From: a virus
Lineage: Duplodnaviria; Caudoviricetes
Virus record (IMG/VR): IMGVR_UViG_3300020042_005231
Location: 1 to 24,769 of that record
Length of the DNA: 24,769 bases
Direction: 5' to 3' (one strand)
The notes under the pieces are model-generated. The model searched no databases and was not told the DNA's origin. It saw nothing but the letters and a program-made list of their open reading frames with translations. The position numbers were made by a program, and so were the translations under genes. Shown piece after piece: positions 7,971-17,080 of this stretch. Numbering within the stretch: position 1 is the first letter of the stretch; each line of letters begins with the position of its first letter.

Positions 7971-10245
7971 TTAATCGGCTTGTTGTTTCTTTTACTTGAA
8001 CTCTTTTAGTAGTCTTTACAATATCCCTAACATCTACTTTAGGAGCAGGCATACGCATTAAAGTTTGGGCTAACATTTTAGCACTCATTATTTCGCTATC
8101 AATTTGGCTAGAAGCGTTTGCGCTACCTGTGGTTATTGTTCCACCGCCAGCCATTGCGATAAGTCCGCTATCCTTGCTTATAGTTGTTTTACCTGCGCTA
8201 CCTATCGGAGTAACGCTAACACGCTCCCGCCCGCTAGGGTTATCACCTACTAAAAGCAAAGTCGGTTTAGTGGTCATGAATTCCCCACCGCCTGCGGCTG
8301 CGCTAATGGCTGCAATCTGTACCGCACCCTGTAATGATGTAGCAGCAGCAGTAATAAATGATGCAGGGGCTGGTAATGTCAAGGCTTTTGTAACGCCAAC
8401 GGCTGTATTAATAATGGCCTGTGATATGCCTAATGCTTTTTCTATTTCTTTATTTCCTTGTGCCAATGCTTGCGCACCTGCAAAAAATGAAGCGTTAAGA
8501 GCAAGTAAGGCATCGTTAGTTTGTTGCTCGGTTGAAATATTAGCATCGCTAGTATCTTTAGTAATCTTAATTTCTTCCTGTGCCGTTTGCTTTGATATGT
8601 CTAATCTTCTTTGGTTGCTCTTTGCTACAATTAAATCCCGTTCCGCTTGGGTAAATTCTGCGCTTGCAAGTAAATCATCTGTTTGTTTTTCTTCTTCTTC
8701 TAATACTAATCTATTATATTCCTGTAAAGCCTTTAGCCGTTCTTGTTGCCCTTTATCGGTTGCACTAAAGATTTCCTTTTGCTTTTGTTGCTCAATGTCT
8801 AGTTCGAATTGGGCCAATTGTTTTCTTGCTTCAACATTTCTATTGAGAGTATCTAAAGTTTTTTGGTAATCCTTTTCTATGTCTGCTTCCCTTTTGGCCC
8901 TGCGCTTTTCTTCTTCTTCTATTTCTTTTTCCCTTAACTTATTGCGCTCGTTAATAATCTTTTCTTCAAAACGTAAAGCCTCGTTTTCAGCGTCAAGCCT
9001 TGCCCTTTGTAATTCTAGTAACTTAAATTCAATTTCCTCACGTTTAGAACTTCCTTCATCTAGGGTATTAGCGTATTTTCTATTGGCCTGTATTTCGGTA
9101 TCAAGTAATCGAAGCCTACCATTAAGTATTTTCTTTTCAATACCATCCGCTTTTTCAAGTAGGGCAATACGCTCTTCCTCGGTTTTGGTAATGTCCTTAG
9201 CCTGCAATCTTAGCCTATCCCTTTGGTTAATGAGTTGACCCTCGGTAACTAAGAACTCCTTTTGCTTTTTCTCTAAATCGTCTAATGCTTTTTCATATTC
9301 AATACCCGCCTGAATCTGTTCTTTGATTGCGTCCGTTGTATTACTTATTGCATCGAATAAAGTATTCTGTCCTGTTGCTAAACGATTGACCGCATTCCCT
9401 GCAACGTCTAAAGCCCCTGCAAAATCACCATCTAATATTTTACCAATAGCAGGAAGTAAATCAATCATGAAATTAAGAGGTGCTAGTAAGGTAGTGATAG
9501 CGGTTTTTAAATAACCTAATCCCTTACCCAATATCCCATTCTCACTAACTGCATTTCCAAACTCTAAGACATAAGTTATGCCCGTTGCTATTGCATTGAA
9601 TACATTATCTAGTACAATGCCTATACCTGTCATTAATCCTTTCCAACCTGTTGCTAGGTCGTCATTGCTTTGAATCGCTTTATTAAGCAAAGCAAAGGCG
9701 GCAACTATACCAGCGATAACCGCCCCAATAGGATTGGCTAAGAATGCCTTACCCGCCGTTATTATTCCGTTGGTAGCCCCATCTATTGAAGCGGTTAACC
9801 CATCAAACGCTTTAGGGTAATTACCTACCTGCCTAGTAAATGTACCTACTGCCTTTTCTTGGTCTAATACCTTTGCATTTAGTTCCCCTATTTCCGTGCT
9901 TAATTCTGCAAAGCGTTGTTTACCTTCCTTAGTTGCTAAGTTAGTATTGGCCCATTCCTTTTTAAGGTCTGCAAGTTTATTCCTTTGGCCCTGTAAAGTA
10001 TTGCTATACTCTTTAGTACCTTTCTCTAAATCTCTTAGCGTACCGTTTAACGCACGTTGCTCGGTTGCTAATACCTTTTGCTCTTTGTTATATTGTTCCT
10101 GTGTCTTACTGCCATTAGCGTAAGCATTAGCCAAATTCTTTTGGGCCGTTGCATTAGATTCTAAAGCCTTTGCTATTTCTTCCAGTTTGGCATTAGCATC
10201 TTTGTTATTGACCTCAAATTCAAATATTATCTTTTTCTCTTCCAT
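7942..10245 (-). CDS. Tape measure protein, 767 aa
   Basis: Long coiled coils; RQVGNY motif; hydrophobic ANPIGAVIAGIVAAF segment; A/G-rich C-terminus. Confidence 0.85.
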   Translation of the reverse strand: MEEKKIIFEFEVNNKDANAKLEEIAKALESNATAQKNLANAYANGSKTQEQYNKEQKVLATEQRALNGTLRDLEKGTKEYSNTLQGQRNKLADLKKEWANTNLATKEGKQRFAELSTEIGELNAKVLDQEKAVGTFTRQVGNYPKAFDGLTASIDGATNGIITAGKAFLANPIGAVIAGIVAAFALLNKAIQSNDDLATGWKGLMTGIGIVLDNVFNAIATGITYVLEFGNAVSENGILGKGLGYLKTAITTLLAPLNFMIDLLPAIGKILDGDFAGALDVAGNAVNRLATGQNTLFDAISNTTDAIKEQIQAGIEYEKALDDLEKKQKEFLVTEGQLINQRDRLRLQAKDITKTEEERIALLEKADGIEKKILNGRLRLLDTEIQANRKYANTLDEGSSKREEIEFKLLELQRARLDAENEALRFEEKIINERNKLREKEIEEEEKRRAKREADIEKDYQKTLDTLNRNVEARKQLAQFELDIEQQKQKEIFSATDKGQQERLKALQEYNRLVLEEEEKQTDDLLASAEFTQAERDLIVAKSNQRRLDISKQTAQEEIKITKDTSDANISTEQQTNDALLALNASFFAGAQALAQGNKEIEKALGISQAIINTAVGVTKALTLPAPASFITAAATSLQGAVQIAAISAAAGGGEFMTTKPTLLLVGDNPSGRERVSVTPIGSAGKTTISKDSGLIAMAGGGTITTGSANASSQIDSEIMSAKMLAQTLMRMPAPKVDVRDIVKTTKRVQVKETTSRLNGVSNRRTN

Positions 10246-10249
10246 GTTA

Positions 10250-12412
10250 TTAGAGTTTTACCATTTCAACTAATGTACTATTCCCGCTTCCATCGAATGA
10301 ATCAATCTTTAGAACCTTAAAGTAACTTTGGTACTTAGAAAGGTAAACGGGTATATCAAAATCAAAGTTTAATACATCGCTTGCCTTAAGCGTAAAGTAT
10401 GCACGAAGCAAAACAGGGTTTTGAAGTAATGAATTTATTTCCTGATAATGATTGTCAATAATTCCAAAACCTCCATTTGTGCTATCACTTGGTACGCTGA
10501 ATGAAAGTGATTCCCGATAATTCAAAAGGGTTTCCCCGTTGCCGTCATTGTGAAAATAAGTATAAGGGATTTCAGTAAAGACCGTTCCACAAATATTAAT
10601 ATCTTCAATATCCGTTTTGTTTATTTCGGTTACTGGTATATCGTGGGCAACAATTAAAACACGTGGCTCAAGTTCCCGTGCCTCACTTAGCGGGATGATG
10701 TTACAAGTTTCAGAAGCCCCAGCAACAAAACCAACTACCCTAAATTCAAAACGGCTTATTTGGTTGACAGGCCAAATCCCATCGTAAAGTGGGTCGCTTG
10801 AATCCTGAATAACAATATAGGCCACATCGAAAGCGGGGTCAGTTGTTACCACTTGAAAGGATTGGTCTAGCCCCGTAATGGTAGCTGGTATCAATGGACT
10901 TTTAGCGTCATACAAAGGAATCTTTGCAAGCGTAACCTGTGCATCCCCAAATGTATCTACGTTCTTTGTCCCTGCAAATGGTGCTTCATATAAATCGGTT
11001 TCAGATTCTAAGAAGTCATTATTCAAAAGGATTGCCCCGTTTCCGTAAGGATAACCAAACGCCTTTTGATATTCATCGGTCTGGAAATCCTCACTATCTT
11101 CTAAGTAAAGGAAGTTATTGCGCTTTGCGTAGTTGTCCGCTATGTCTGCAAAGTTGACCGCTATCTGTTGGCTGGTATCAAGTTTAGCATCCCACTCACG
11201 GGCATTCAAATAGTTTCCTTTTATGGAATCAACCCTATTTAAGAATACGGTTTTTGTAACATTGTTTACCGTAATCTTTGAGCCTAGAATCGTGGCCACG
11301 TATAAAAGGAAATCGCTTTGCTTCATGTTTGGAAGCAGTCCCGATACTTCAACCGTGAACCCGTTTACCCATTGTTGACTAACAAAGCCTTGCGATTCTA
11401 TTAAGACCGTACCGCCAACCGTACCGCCTGTATTGTTTACGTATATTTCGTAGTAGTCCCCGTTTGCGGTTCTATCTGTAAAGCCTACCCTGTCATTTAA
11501 AAAGTTCGTAACATAGAAAGAGCCATTCTTCCAAATGTCAACCCGTATATTCGTTAATGAAATAGCGGTAACATAATTGATTTTACAAAATATGTTTATA
11601 TCGTAAATACCATTAGCCGTGTATCTGTCTAAAGTAAAGTCATAAAGTTCTAAAGTGTTGAACTTATTATTTGCGTTTTGAGTGGTTAGTATCTTAGTAT
11701 TCCCTATTGGAAAACTTGCAACGTAATTCCCAAAACTAAAATAACTCCTTGCATCGTTTTGGCTTTGTGCGTACTTATTAAACTTTCCCGAATAAGGCAG
11801 GACTGCATTATTATATTCATAAGTTGTTAACGCATCCCCATCAAGTTTAAAGCCCGCATCCCTTACTAATCGCTTTACAATGTCCTTTAAATAAATCGCT
11901 GGGTATATTTCCCCTAAGTCGATTCCATCGGTTACCGCTTTAAAGTCAAAGATGCCGTAATTGATAGGAGTATAAACATAACCCTCCGTATTAGCCAAAC
12001 CATTGACTACACTAACATTACTATACGTATGGTCAAGGTCTGAAAAATCGATATCACTAAGTTCTGAATCCCCCATTACTTCAAACAAGTCCGTTTGGCT
12101 TCCTAAGAATTCTATTTCAATTTCCCCTTGTTGCTCACGGTATTCCCGTAAACGAATATACCCTACGCTTAAGACCGTTTGGTCATTTAGTAGGTTTGCA
12201 TCTATTCGAGTGTATGCGCTTGCACTTAGTAGCGGATTGGTAGAATAGTTTAACAGGCGTTTATTGTTTACCGTGTCAGGAACGGTAAAAGCATTAGTAT
12301 AAAGCCCCGTAATTGATACCACATTAGAAAGGTCACTATCTTCTATTGTCCACGCAATTAACTCGTTTGGAAATAAATCTAAAAACTCTGAACCTATCTT
12401 AATATTTACCAT
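10250..12412 (-). CDS. Tail tip/baseplate hub-like protein, 720 aa
   Basis: LDL, YTNAFTVP.T.NN, YPAIYLK.I, LPNMKQSDFL and FDFDIPVY motifs typical of siphophage tail-tip proteins; adjacent to tape measure. Confidence 0.7.
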   Translation of the reverse strand: MVNIKIGSEFLDLFPNELIAWTIEDSDLSNVVSITGLYTNAFTVPDTVNNKRLLNYSTNPLLSASAYTRIDANLLNDQTVLSVGYIRLREYREQQGEIEIEFLGSQTDLFEVMGDSELSDIDFSDLDHTYSNVSVVNGLANTEGYVYTPINYGIFDFKAVTDGIDLGEIYPAIYLKDIVKRLVRDAGFKLDGDALTTYEYNNAVLPYSGKFNKYAQSQNDARSYFSFGNYVASFPIGNTKILTTQNANNKFNTLELYDFTLDRYTANGIYDINIFCKINYVTAISLTNIRVDIWKNGSFYVTNFLNDRVGFTDRTANGDYYEIYVNNTGGTVGGTVLIESQGFVSQQWVNGFTVEVSGLLPNMKQSDFLLYVATILGSKITVNNVTKTVFLNRVDSIKGNYLNAREWDAKLDTSQQIAVNFADIADNYAKRNNFLYLEDSEDFQTDEYQKAFGYPYGNGAILLNNDFLESETDLYEAPFAGTKNVDTFGDAQVTLAKIPLYDAKSPLIPATITGLDQSFQVVTTDPAFDVAYIVIQDSSDPLYDGIWPVNQISRFEFRVVGFVAGASETCNIIPLSEARELEPRVLIVAHDIPVTEINKTDIEDINICGTVFTEIPYTYFHNDGNGETLLNYRESLSFSVPSDSTNGGFGIIDNHYQEINSLLQNPVLLRAYFTLKASDVLNFDFDIPVYLSKYQSYFKVLKIDSFDGSGNSTLVEMVKL

Positions 12413-12617
12413 AATTCAATTGGGCAAGATTCACTTTCAATTCTAGTCTTTGCTTTTAATACGCATCCGCAATATGGGCAAGTCTTATTGGTATGGCATG
12501 AAGTCATGCACACCGCTAAACGCTTTTGGCTTAGGCTTTGATTCTTATTAGTCGCAAGCAAATAAAACCCGTTCAGAATGTTTGAGGCTTTAAATGCTAG
12601 AACGAATAAATAATCAT
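12406..12617 (-). CDS. Small Cys-rich zinc-binding protein (~70 aa; start uncertain, apparently frameshifted)
   Basis: R..VC...C.....C..CGC...AKTR.....CP...W motif; the coupled ATG at 12617 is out of frame by one nt (see findings). Confidence 0.65.
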
Positions 12618-15349
12618 TGACCTTGTACCAAATCTTTAGGGTATTTAATTTCAAACTCAACAATGTACTGCTTATCCCCATCTGTATATTTTTCAAATCC
12701 ATTCTTTTCAACTAATACGGTTACTTTGCTATTATCGCTCATTATCTGTTGAACCCTTATAGCTTTACGAATCTTTATAACTGCATCGTATTGGGCTTTG
12801 GTTAATAGACCGCTACGAACTACAACGCTACGAATACTTGATACACGAATCCAGTCTGCCATCGTTTCGCCATCACTGAATCCATCGGGCCAATTGTTAA
12901 AGATATTCCGTTCAATCTCTATGCCTTCATGTTCTTCGCTGTACGTTTTGCGTCCGTTAAACTGAAAATATTCCCATCCCCCTAAATCGTTTAACCATGT
13001 TAGGTAGATTGGTGCGCCCGTTGCATCGCTTGTGCCACCGCCTAAGCAGTTACCCCTATCAAGTCCTAATGTACTGGCAAGGCTAATGCGTTTAGTTTCG
13101 CTAATCAATACGTCCGTAAATGGGCTGTATTCATTCGGGTCATCTAGGTTATTAACTGGGCCTAATGTGTCAGCGTAAACCCAAAGGTTACTGTCACCCC
13201 TTGTACGTTCTGCTAAAGTAAAGCCCGTTAATGTAGCGTTAAACTCTCCGATATAATCTACAATGGTATTGCCTTCCCCTTCTGCGAACTTCAAATCAAA
13301 TATCGTAGAGGCTATTGATACGTTTTTATCTGACAGGCTTTGAACTTGTGCTAAACTTAAAGCCTCGTTAAATGCACGTACTGAAAACAAAGTACATTGT
13401 AAAGGGTTAATTGCACCGCTATAAGTTCCTATTGAATATTGTGTGCTTGTGTCAGGGGTATAAGAAGAAAGATTATTGAAATTAATTACGCTTTGATTAG
13501 CCCCATCAACGTATATCTTCCAATCGGTAACCGTTGACCCATCCTTAACAATTACAATATCATGTATCTCATCGTAGGAAATATCCTGCGCTAATACTAA
13601 AGCGGATTCAATACCGTTTTCAAGTGATAGGCCAATGGTAAAACCTCCAACAAAAGGAAGGCTAGTTATAATCCATCTATTAGATTGGTCAGCGGCTGAA
13701 AAGTTAGTGAATAATACAGACCCTTCCGTATCGGTTAACTTCCTTAATATTTGAAAACTAAAACTAACATCATCCGCTAATCCAAATTCTAAACCGCTTG
13801 GCGTTGTTCCCGTTGCGTATCTTGCGCTCGGCCCAGTTCCACCCGCAAAGGTTAAACCATAGTTACCATTGATAGGGGTTTTTAATGCAAAGTCAAAGTA
13901 TGCGGTATTGGCATTTAGTGGCAAATCATCTAAACGGAATCTATAAACCCCATCGTCCTCACCGCTTATTATTGTTTCACTTGTTTGGATAACTGCCCCG
14001 CTTGCATCATATTCCGTAACCTTGCGCCCAAAGAAACCAGCGTTTCCAAGTGACCTGAATAATTCGGCTGGAATAATAGTGCTTATATCTTGGTACCTGT
14101 CAAAGAGTGGAACGGGGTCAAAGTAGGTCATGAACTGACCCTCACTTTGTACGCTCTGAATATAGGGCCACATATTGCCCGCTGTGCTATTCTGGAATTG
14201 GCGTACGGAATTAGAAGCAAATAGATAAGCTTCGCACCCTGCATTAACTTGAAGGTTAAAAGCATTCAATCGATATTCAGGGCTACCCGCAAAAGACGTA
14301 CAATTAACAAAGAAACCTATTGATTCGTAATTATCATCCGCAAGCCAAAGGAAATCAAAAGCACCCGTTAAGGTTAACTGACTAAGGATAGTAAAGGGTA
14401 CGCCGTTCTTAACCACTTGCACGAATATCCTTGCGCTGTTTACGTTGGTGCTTGTAAAGGTTGCCGTAATTCGGTACTCAATACCTTTAACTATGCTATA
14501 ATCTTGATATAGTAATTGACTTGCCTTGTCGCTCGATGGGCTTGAATCTGGAACTATAAACACATAACCAGACGCACCTTGCCAAGCCTGCGTACCTACT
14601 GCGCCAATCACACCCTGTGACCATGAAGTTAAACCACTTGTAAAACTATTATCTACTAATTCGGCATTGGCATTGCACGAATCATAAGTGTCATTAGTGA
14701 ATGAATCCGTAAATGCGGTAATATTAACCCCATCCGATACATCATAACTTTCTGCATAGGCAATCCTAAAAGAAGTCCATGCGTTTAGGTTATTGGTTTG
14801 CTCCAGTACATTATCGGCATTTAACTTATCACGTACTAAATCACTAACATCAATCAAGGCTATGTTACTAATATCTGGAACCACTTGAAGTTCTGCCACT
14901 AAACTCATTGGGTCATCGGCATTCAATTCATGATAATCGGGAATCCCTGCATAGACCTTTACTTTAACATTGTAATTATTGTAATACTTAACGGCCGTAC
15001 CTGTGGAACTAGAAGTATAGGCCACGTTCAAAACATACTCGTTTGCGTCAACAACTTCCTTAATCTGAAATACACCTGAATAAACTGGAGTGTCAATAGT
15101 TAAATAATCTAGGCGGTTATAACTTGCATTCGTACTTAATACAATTCGAGCGAATCCGTTACGGCTATTAATTGAACTGATAGTGTAAACCGTATCGGAA
15201 CTATTGAAAGGGAATAGGTTCGATTCAATTTTATAGCGAATCGGTAACCAACCCGCATTCCAGAATGAAGTATAAATAGGCTCATCGTAAACGCTTGGAT
15301 TAGCGGTACTGTAAATTTCTCTTTGCGGTCTTTCAATTACTTCAACCAT
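12614..15349 (-). CDS. Distal-tail-like protein with inserted CBM-like and LamG/concanavalin-like domains, 911 aa
   Basis: C-terminal LTWLNDLGGWEYFQF motif; LamG pattern HDIVIVKDG..KIYVDG..IG..VRAFNEALSLAQVQSL..LKFAEGEG; CBM-like NSFTSGLTSW..LYQ..GIEYRITATF. Confidence 0.7.
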   Translation of the reverse strand: MVEVIERPQREIYSTANPSVYDEPIYTSFWNAGWLPIRYKIESNLFPFNSSDTVYTISSINSRNGFARIVLSTNASYNRLDYLTIDTPVYSGVFQIKEVVDANEYVLNVAYTSSSTGTAVKYYNNYNVKVKVYAGIPDYHELNADDPMSLVAELQVVPDISNIALIDVSDLVRDKLNADNVLEQTNNLNAWTSFRIAYAESYDVSDGVNITAFTDSFTNDTYDSCNANAELVDNSFTSGLTSWSQGVIGAVGTQAWQGASGYVFIVPDSSPSSDKASQLLYQDYSIVKGIEYRITATFTSTNVNSARIFVQVVKNGVPFTILSQLTLTGAFDFLWLADDNYESIGFFVNCTSFAGSPEYRLNAFNLQVNAGCEAYLFASNSVRQFQNSTAGNMWPYIQSVQSEGQFMTYFDPVPLFDRYQDISTIIPAELFRSLGNAGFFGRKVTEYDASGAVIQTSETIISGEDDGVYRFRLDDLPLNANTAYFDFALKTPINGNYGLTFAGGTGPSARYATGTTPSGLEFGLADDVSFSFQILRKLTDTEGSVLFTNFSAADQSNRWIITSLPFVGGFTIGLSLENGIESALVLAQDISYDEIHDIVIVKDGSTVTDWKIYVDGANQSVINFNNLSSYTPDTSTQYSIGTYSGAINPLQCTLFSVRAFNEALSLAQVQSLSDKNVSIASTIFDLKFAEGEGNTIVDYIGEFNATLTGFTLAERTRGDSNLWVYADTLGPVNNLDDPNEYSPFTDVLISETKRISLASTLGLDRGNCLGGGTSDATGAPIYLTWLNDLGGWEYFQFNGRKTYSEEHEGIEIERNIFNNWPDGFSDGETMADWIRVSSIRSVVVRSGLLTKAQYDAVIKIRKAIRVQQIMSDNSKVTVLVEKNGFEKYTDGDKQYIVEFEIKYPKDLVQGQ

Positions 15350-15827
15350 ATATTTTTATTAGGTTATCTTTTCTAATCAAGTCATCAATAAACAAAGCTA
15401 TACGGGAATTTTGTGCTTCTGCTATTGCATTTCCAAGGGCATCTATTCTTTGCTCATTAAATACATCTGTTAATAATCCTTTAGTGCCTGCGTAACCTTC
15501 CCTATGAATCTTACGGCTAATCAAGAAAACAAGGCTATCCTCGCTCAAATCGCTTGTTATTCCTTTGGCCTTAATCCATTCCCTAATCTTTTCCTTAACC
15601 ACGCCCGAACCGCCCTGCCTTGTTGGTCCTCTGCCATCTTCTAATTCAAATAAGTTACTATTGCCTAAGATTGTTAACGTGGTGTTATCCTCGTCCTCTT
15701 TAACTATGTACTCAATACTCCTTGAAGTTTCGCCCGTTGCATTACGGCCATAGGTTTCCATTGACTCCCGCAAAGCCTCTACAAGGGATGCCCCTTCCCG
15801 ATTTAATAGTTCACTTAGTCGCAGCAA
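15342..15827 (-). CDS. Virion morphogenesis / HK97 gp10-like tail completion protein
   Basis: NATG.TS.SI, EDGRGP, I.EWI.AKGI, FLISRKI.REG motifs. Confidence 0.65.
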   Translation of the reverse strand: MLRLSELLNREGASLVEALRESMETYGRNATGETSRSIEYIVKEDEDNTTLTILGNSNLFELEDGRGPTRQGGSGVVKEKIREWIKAKGITSDLSEDSLVFLISRKIHREGYAGTKGLLTDVFNEQRIDALGNAIAEAQNSRIALFIDDLIRKDNLIKIYG

Positions 15828-16267
15828 TAGTCGAATGTATCTGGTACGGTTAAATTAAATCTTACTAGGTGACCTGTTGCTAAATAGGAATTGTCCCTAA
15901 ACACAGGCTCAATACTTAGGCTTGTTATTGTTACATCATCGTAACCCAAAGCGGTTTGATTCAAGTCGATTAGGTATTGCTCTAATGCGCTATCCATCGC
16001 CTGTAATACTTTTAATTGTTGTTCAGGTGTTGAATCCATTGTATCCTGATTCAGGAAAAACAAGCGCACCTGATAAGTCAGATTCATTCGGTTGGTATTA
16101 CCTATAAACGAACCAGTACGCACCATAGGCCAAAGCCAAATAAGCGGGAAGCCTCCATCATGGAATACGTTAATATCGTCCTTTAGCCCATGCCTGAAAG
16201 TATTAGACAAAGGTAGGCCCTGCGCTGTGGCCCTTAATAAATCGTGGATGCTTTTGTAGGTACTCAT
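15815..16267 (-). CDS. Putative tail terminator/completion protein, 150 aa
   Basis: Size, FPLIWL motif, alpha/beta pattern and position next to the gp10-like gene. Confidence 0.55.
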   Translation of the reverse strand: MSTYKSIHDLLRATAQGLPLSNTFRHGLKDDINVFHDGGFPLIWLWPMVRTGSFIGNTNRMNLTYQVRLFFLNQDTMDSTPEQQLKVLQAMDSALEQYLIDLNQTALGYDDVTITSLSIEPVFRDNSYLATGHLVRFNLTVPDTFDYCCD

Positions 16268-16958
16268 TTATTCATTTCCCTTTCTAATCTCATTTGTTCC
16301 CTTTGGGCTTCTGCGTAATGGCTTTTAATCTGTATCTGCGTGTACACCTCGTAAACGCTTAAGTCTAATATCAACCGCTCCTTAGTTATATCCCCGTTAC
16401 TTAAGCCGTATAATTGCGCCTTGAACCCGAATACATCATCAATTTCAGGGTAGCCTGCCATTTCTTCAATGCTTGAATATCCCCTGCTTTTGATACGGCC
16501 TTTGTGCCATTCAAGTAAGCGGGCAAACTCCCGAAAAAAAAAGACACGAACTTATGTACCTCCAATCCGTTCGATTGCCATACCTCCGCTTCTGCTTTCA
16601 TTGCACGGGTGTAATCGTAATCACCATGCTTTGCCTTGTCAATGAATATCGAAACCATCTTAGGCCAGTTAGGCATATTGTCATCTGCTTGTCCTAGTGA
16701 TACCATATCTTCATATTGCCCTACGGTCATCCATCCCAAATCGTCTAGAACTTCATAACCCATAACCCGTTCAGGCTTGCCCGTAATATCGGGGAAAGGT
16801 TCGGCAAAGTCGTACTTACCAATTGTATTAATCGCTTCAATCGCTGGCATAGATTCCCAGTCAGGGCCAAGTATTGCCGCCTTCAATAAGTCAGGGTCAT
16901 TGCCTGAATTCAATACCCTAAAGTATTGCTCGAAAGTTAGTTTATCCCAAAAAGCCAT
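16264..16958 (-). CDS. Tail-assembly-chaperone-like protein split by a -1 frameshift at T9 (fusion ~231 aa)
   Basis: ORF from ATG 16958 (MAFWDKL) reaches TCT TTT TTT TTC; the -1 frame is open from 16533 into the 16264..16461 ORF (LYGLSNGDITKE..IL.L.VYEV). Confidence 0.7.
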
Positions 16959-17080
16959 AAAAACCAAATGATTGAAAGTTTAACAAAAGAAAGTAGAACC
17001 ATTACCCCAAAGGCAAGGCCCAACCCGTAAAAGAATAAGAAGCGCATAATAGACGCTAAAGGTTTGATTATCTTTTTCAT
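16937..17080 (-). CDS. Small membrane protein, 47 aa (MKKIIKPLASIMRFLFFYGLGLAFGVMVLLSFVKLSIIWFLWLFGIN), absent from the ORF track
   Basis: ATGA overlap with the TerL stop; fills the gap exactly; basic N-terminus followed by a long hydrophobic stretch. Confidence 0.75.
   Translation of the reverse strand: MKKIIKPLASIMRFLFFYGLGLAFGVMVLLSFVKLSIIWFLWLFGIN

Noticed and set aside
7942-7975. Possible fourth frameshift extending the TMP C-terminus (NGVSNRRTN) over the next gene
   Set aside because: Similar 10-30 nt overlaps occur at several other junctions here; no evidence of an indel
8129-10123. Long plus-strand ORFs (246, 119, 63, 75 aa) opposite the tape measure gene
   Set aside because: Antisense shadows of a coiled-coil gene with biased codons; S/L/F-rich, non-ATG starts, no motifs
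12618-12711. ORF-track N-terminal extension of the Cys-rich protein
   Set aside because: Overlaps the conserved-looking C-terminus of the 911-aa gene by ~100 nt; a start near 12617 or later is more plausible
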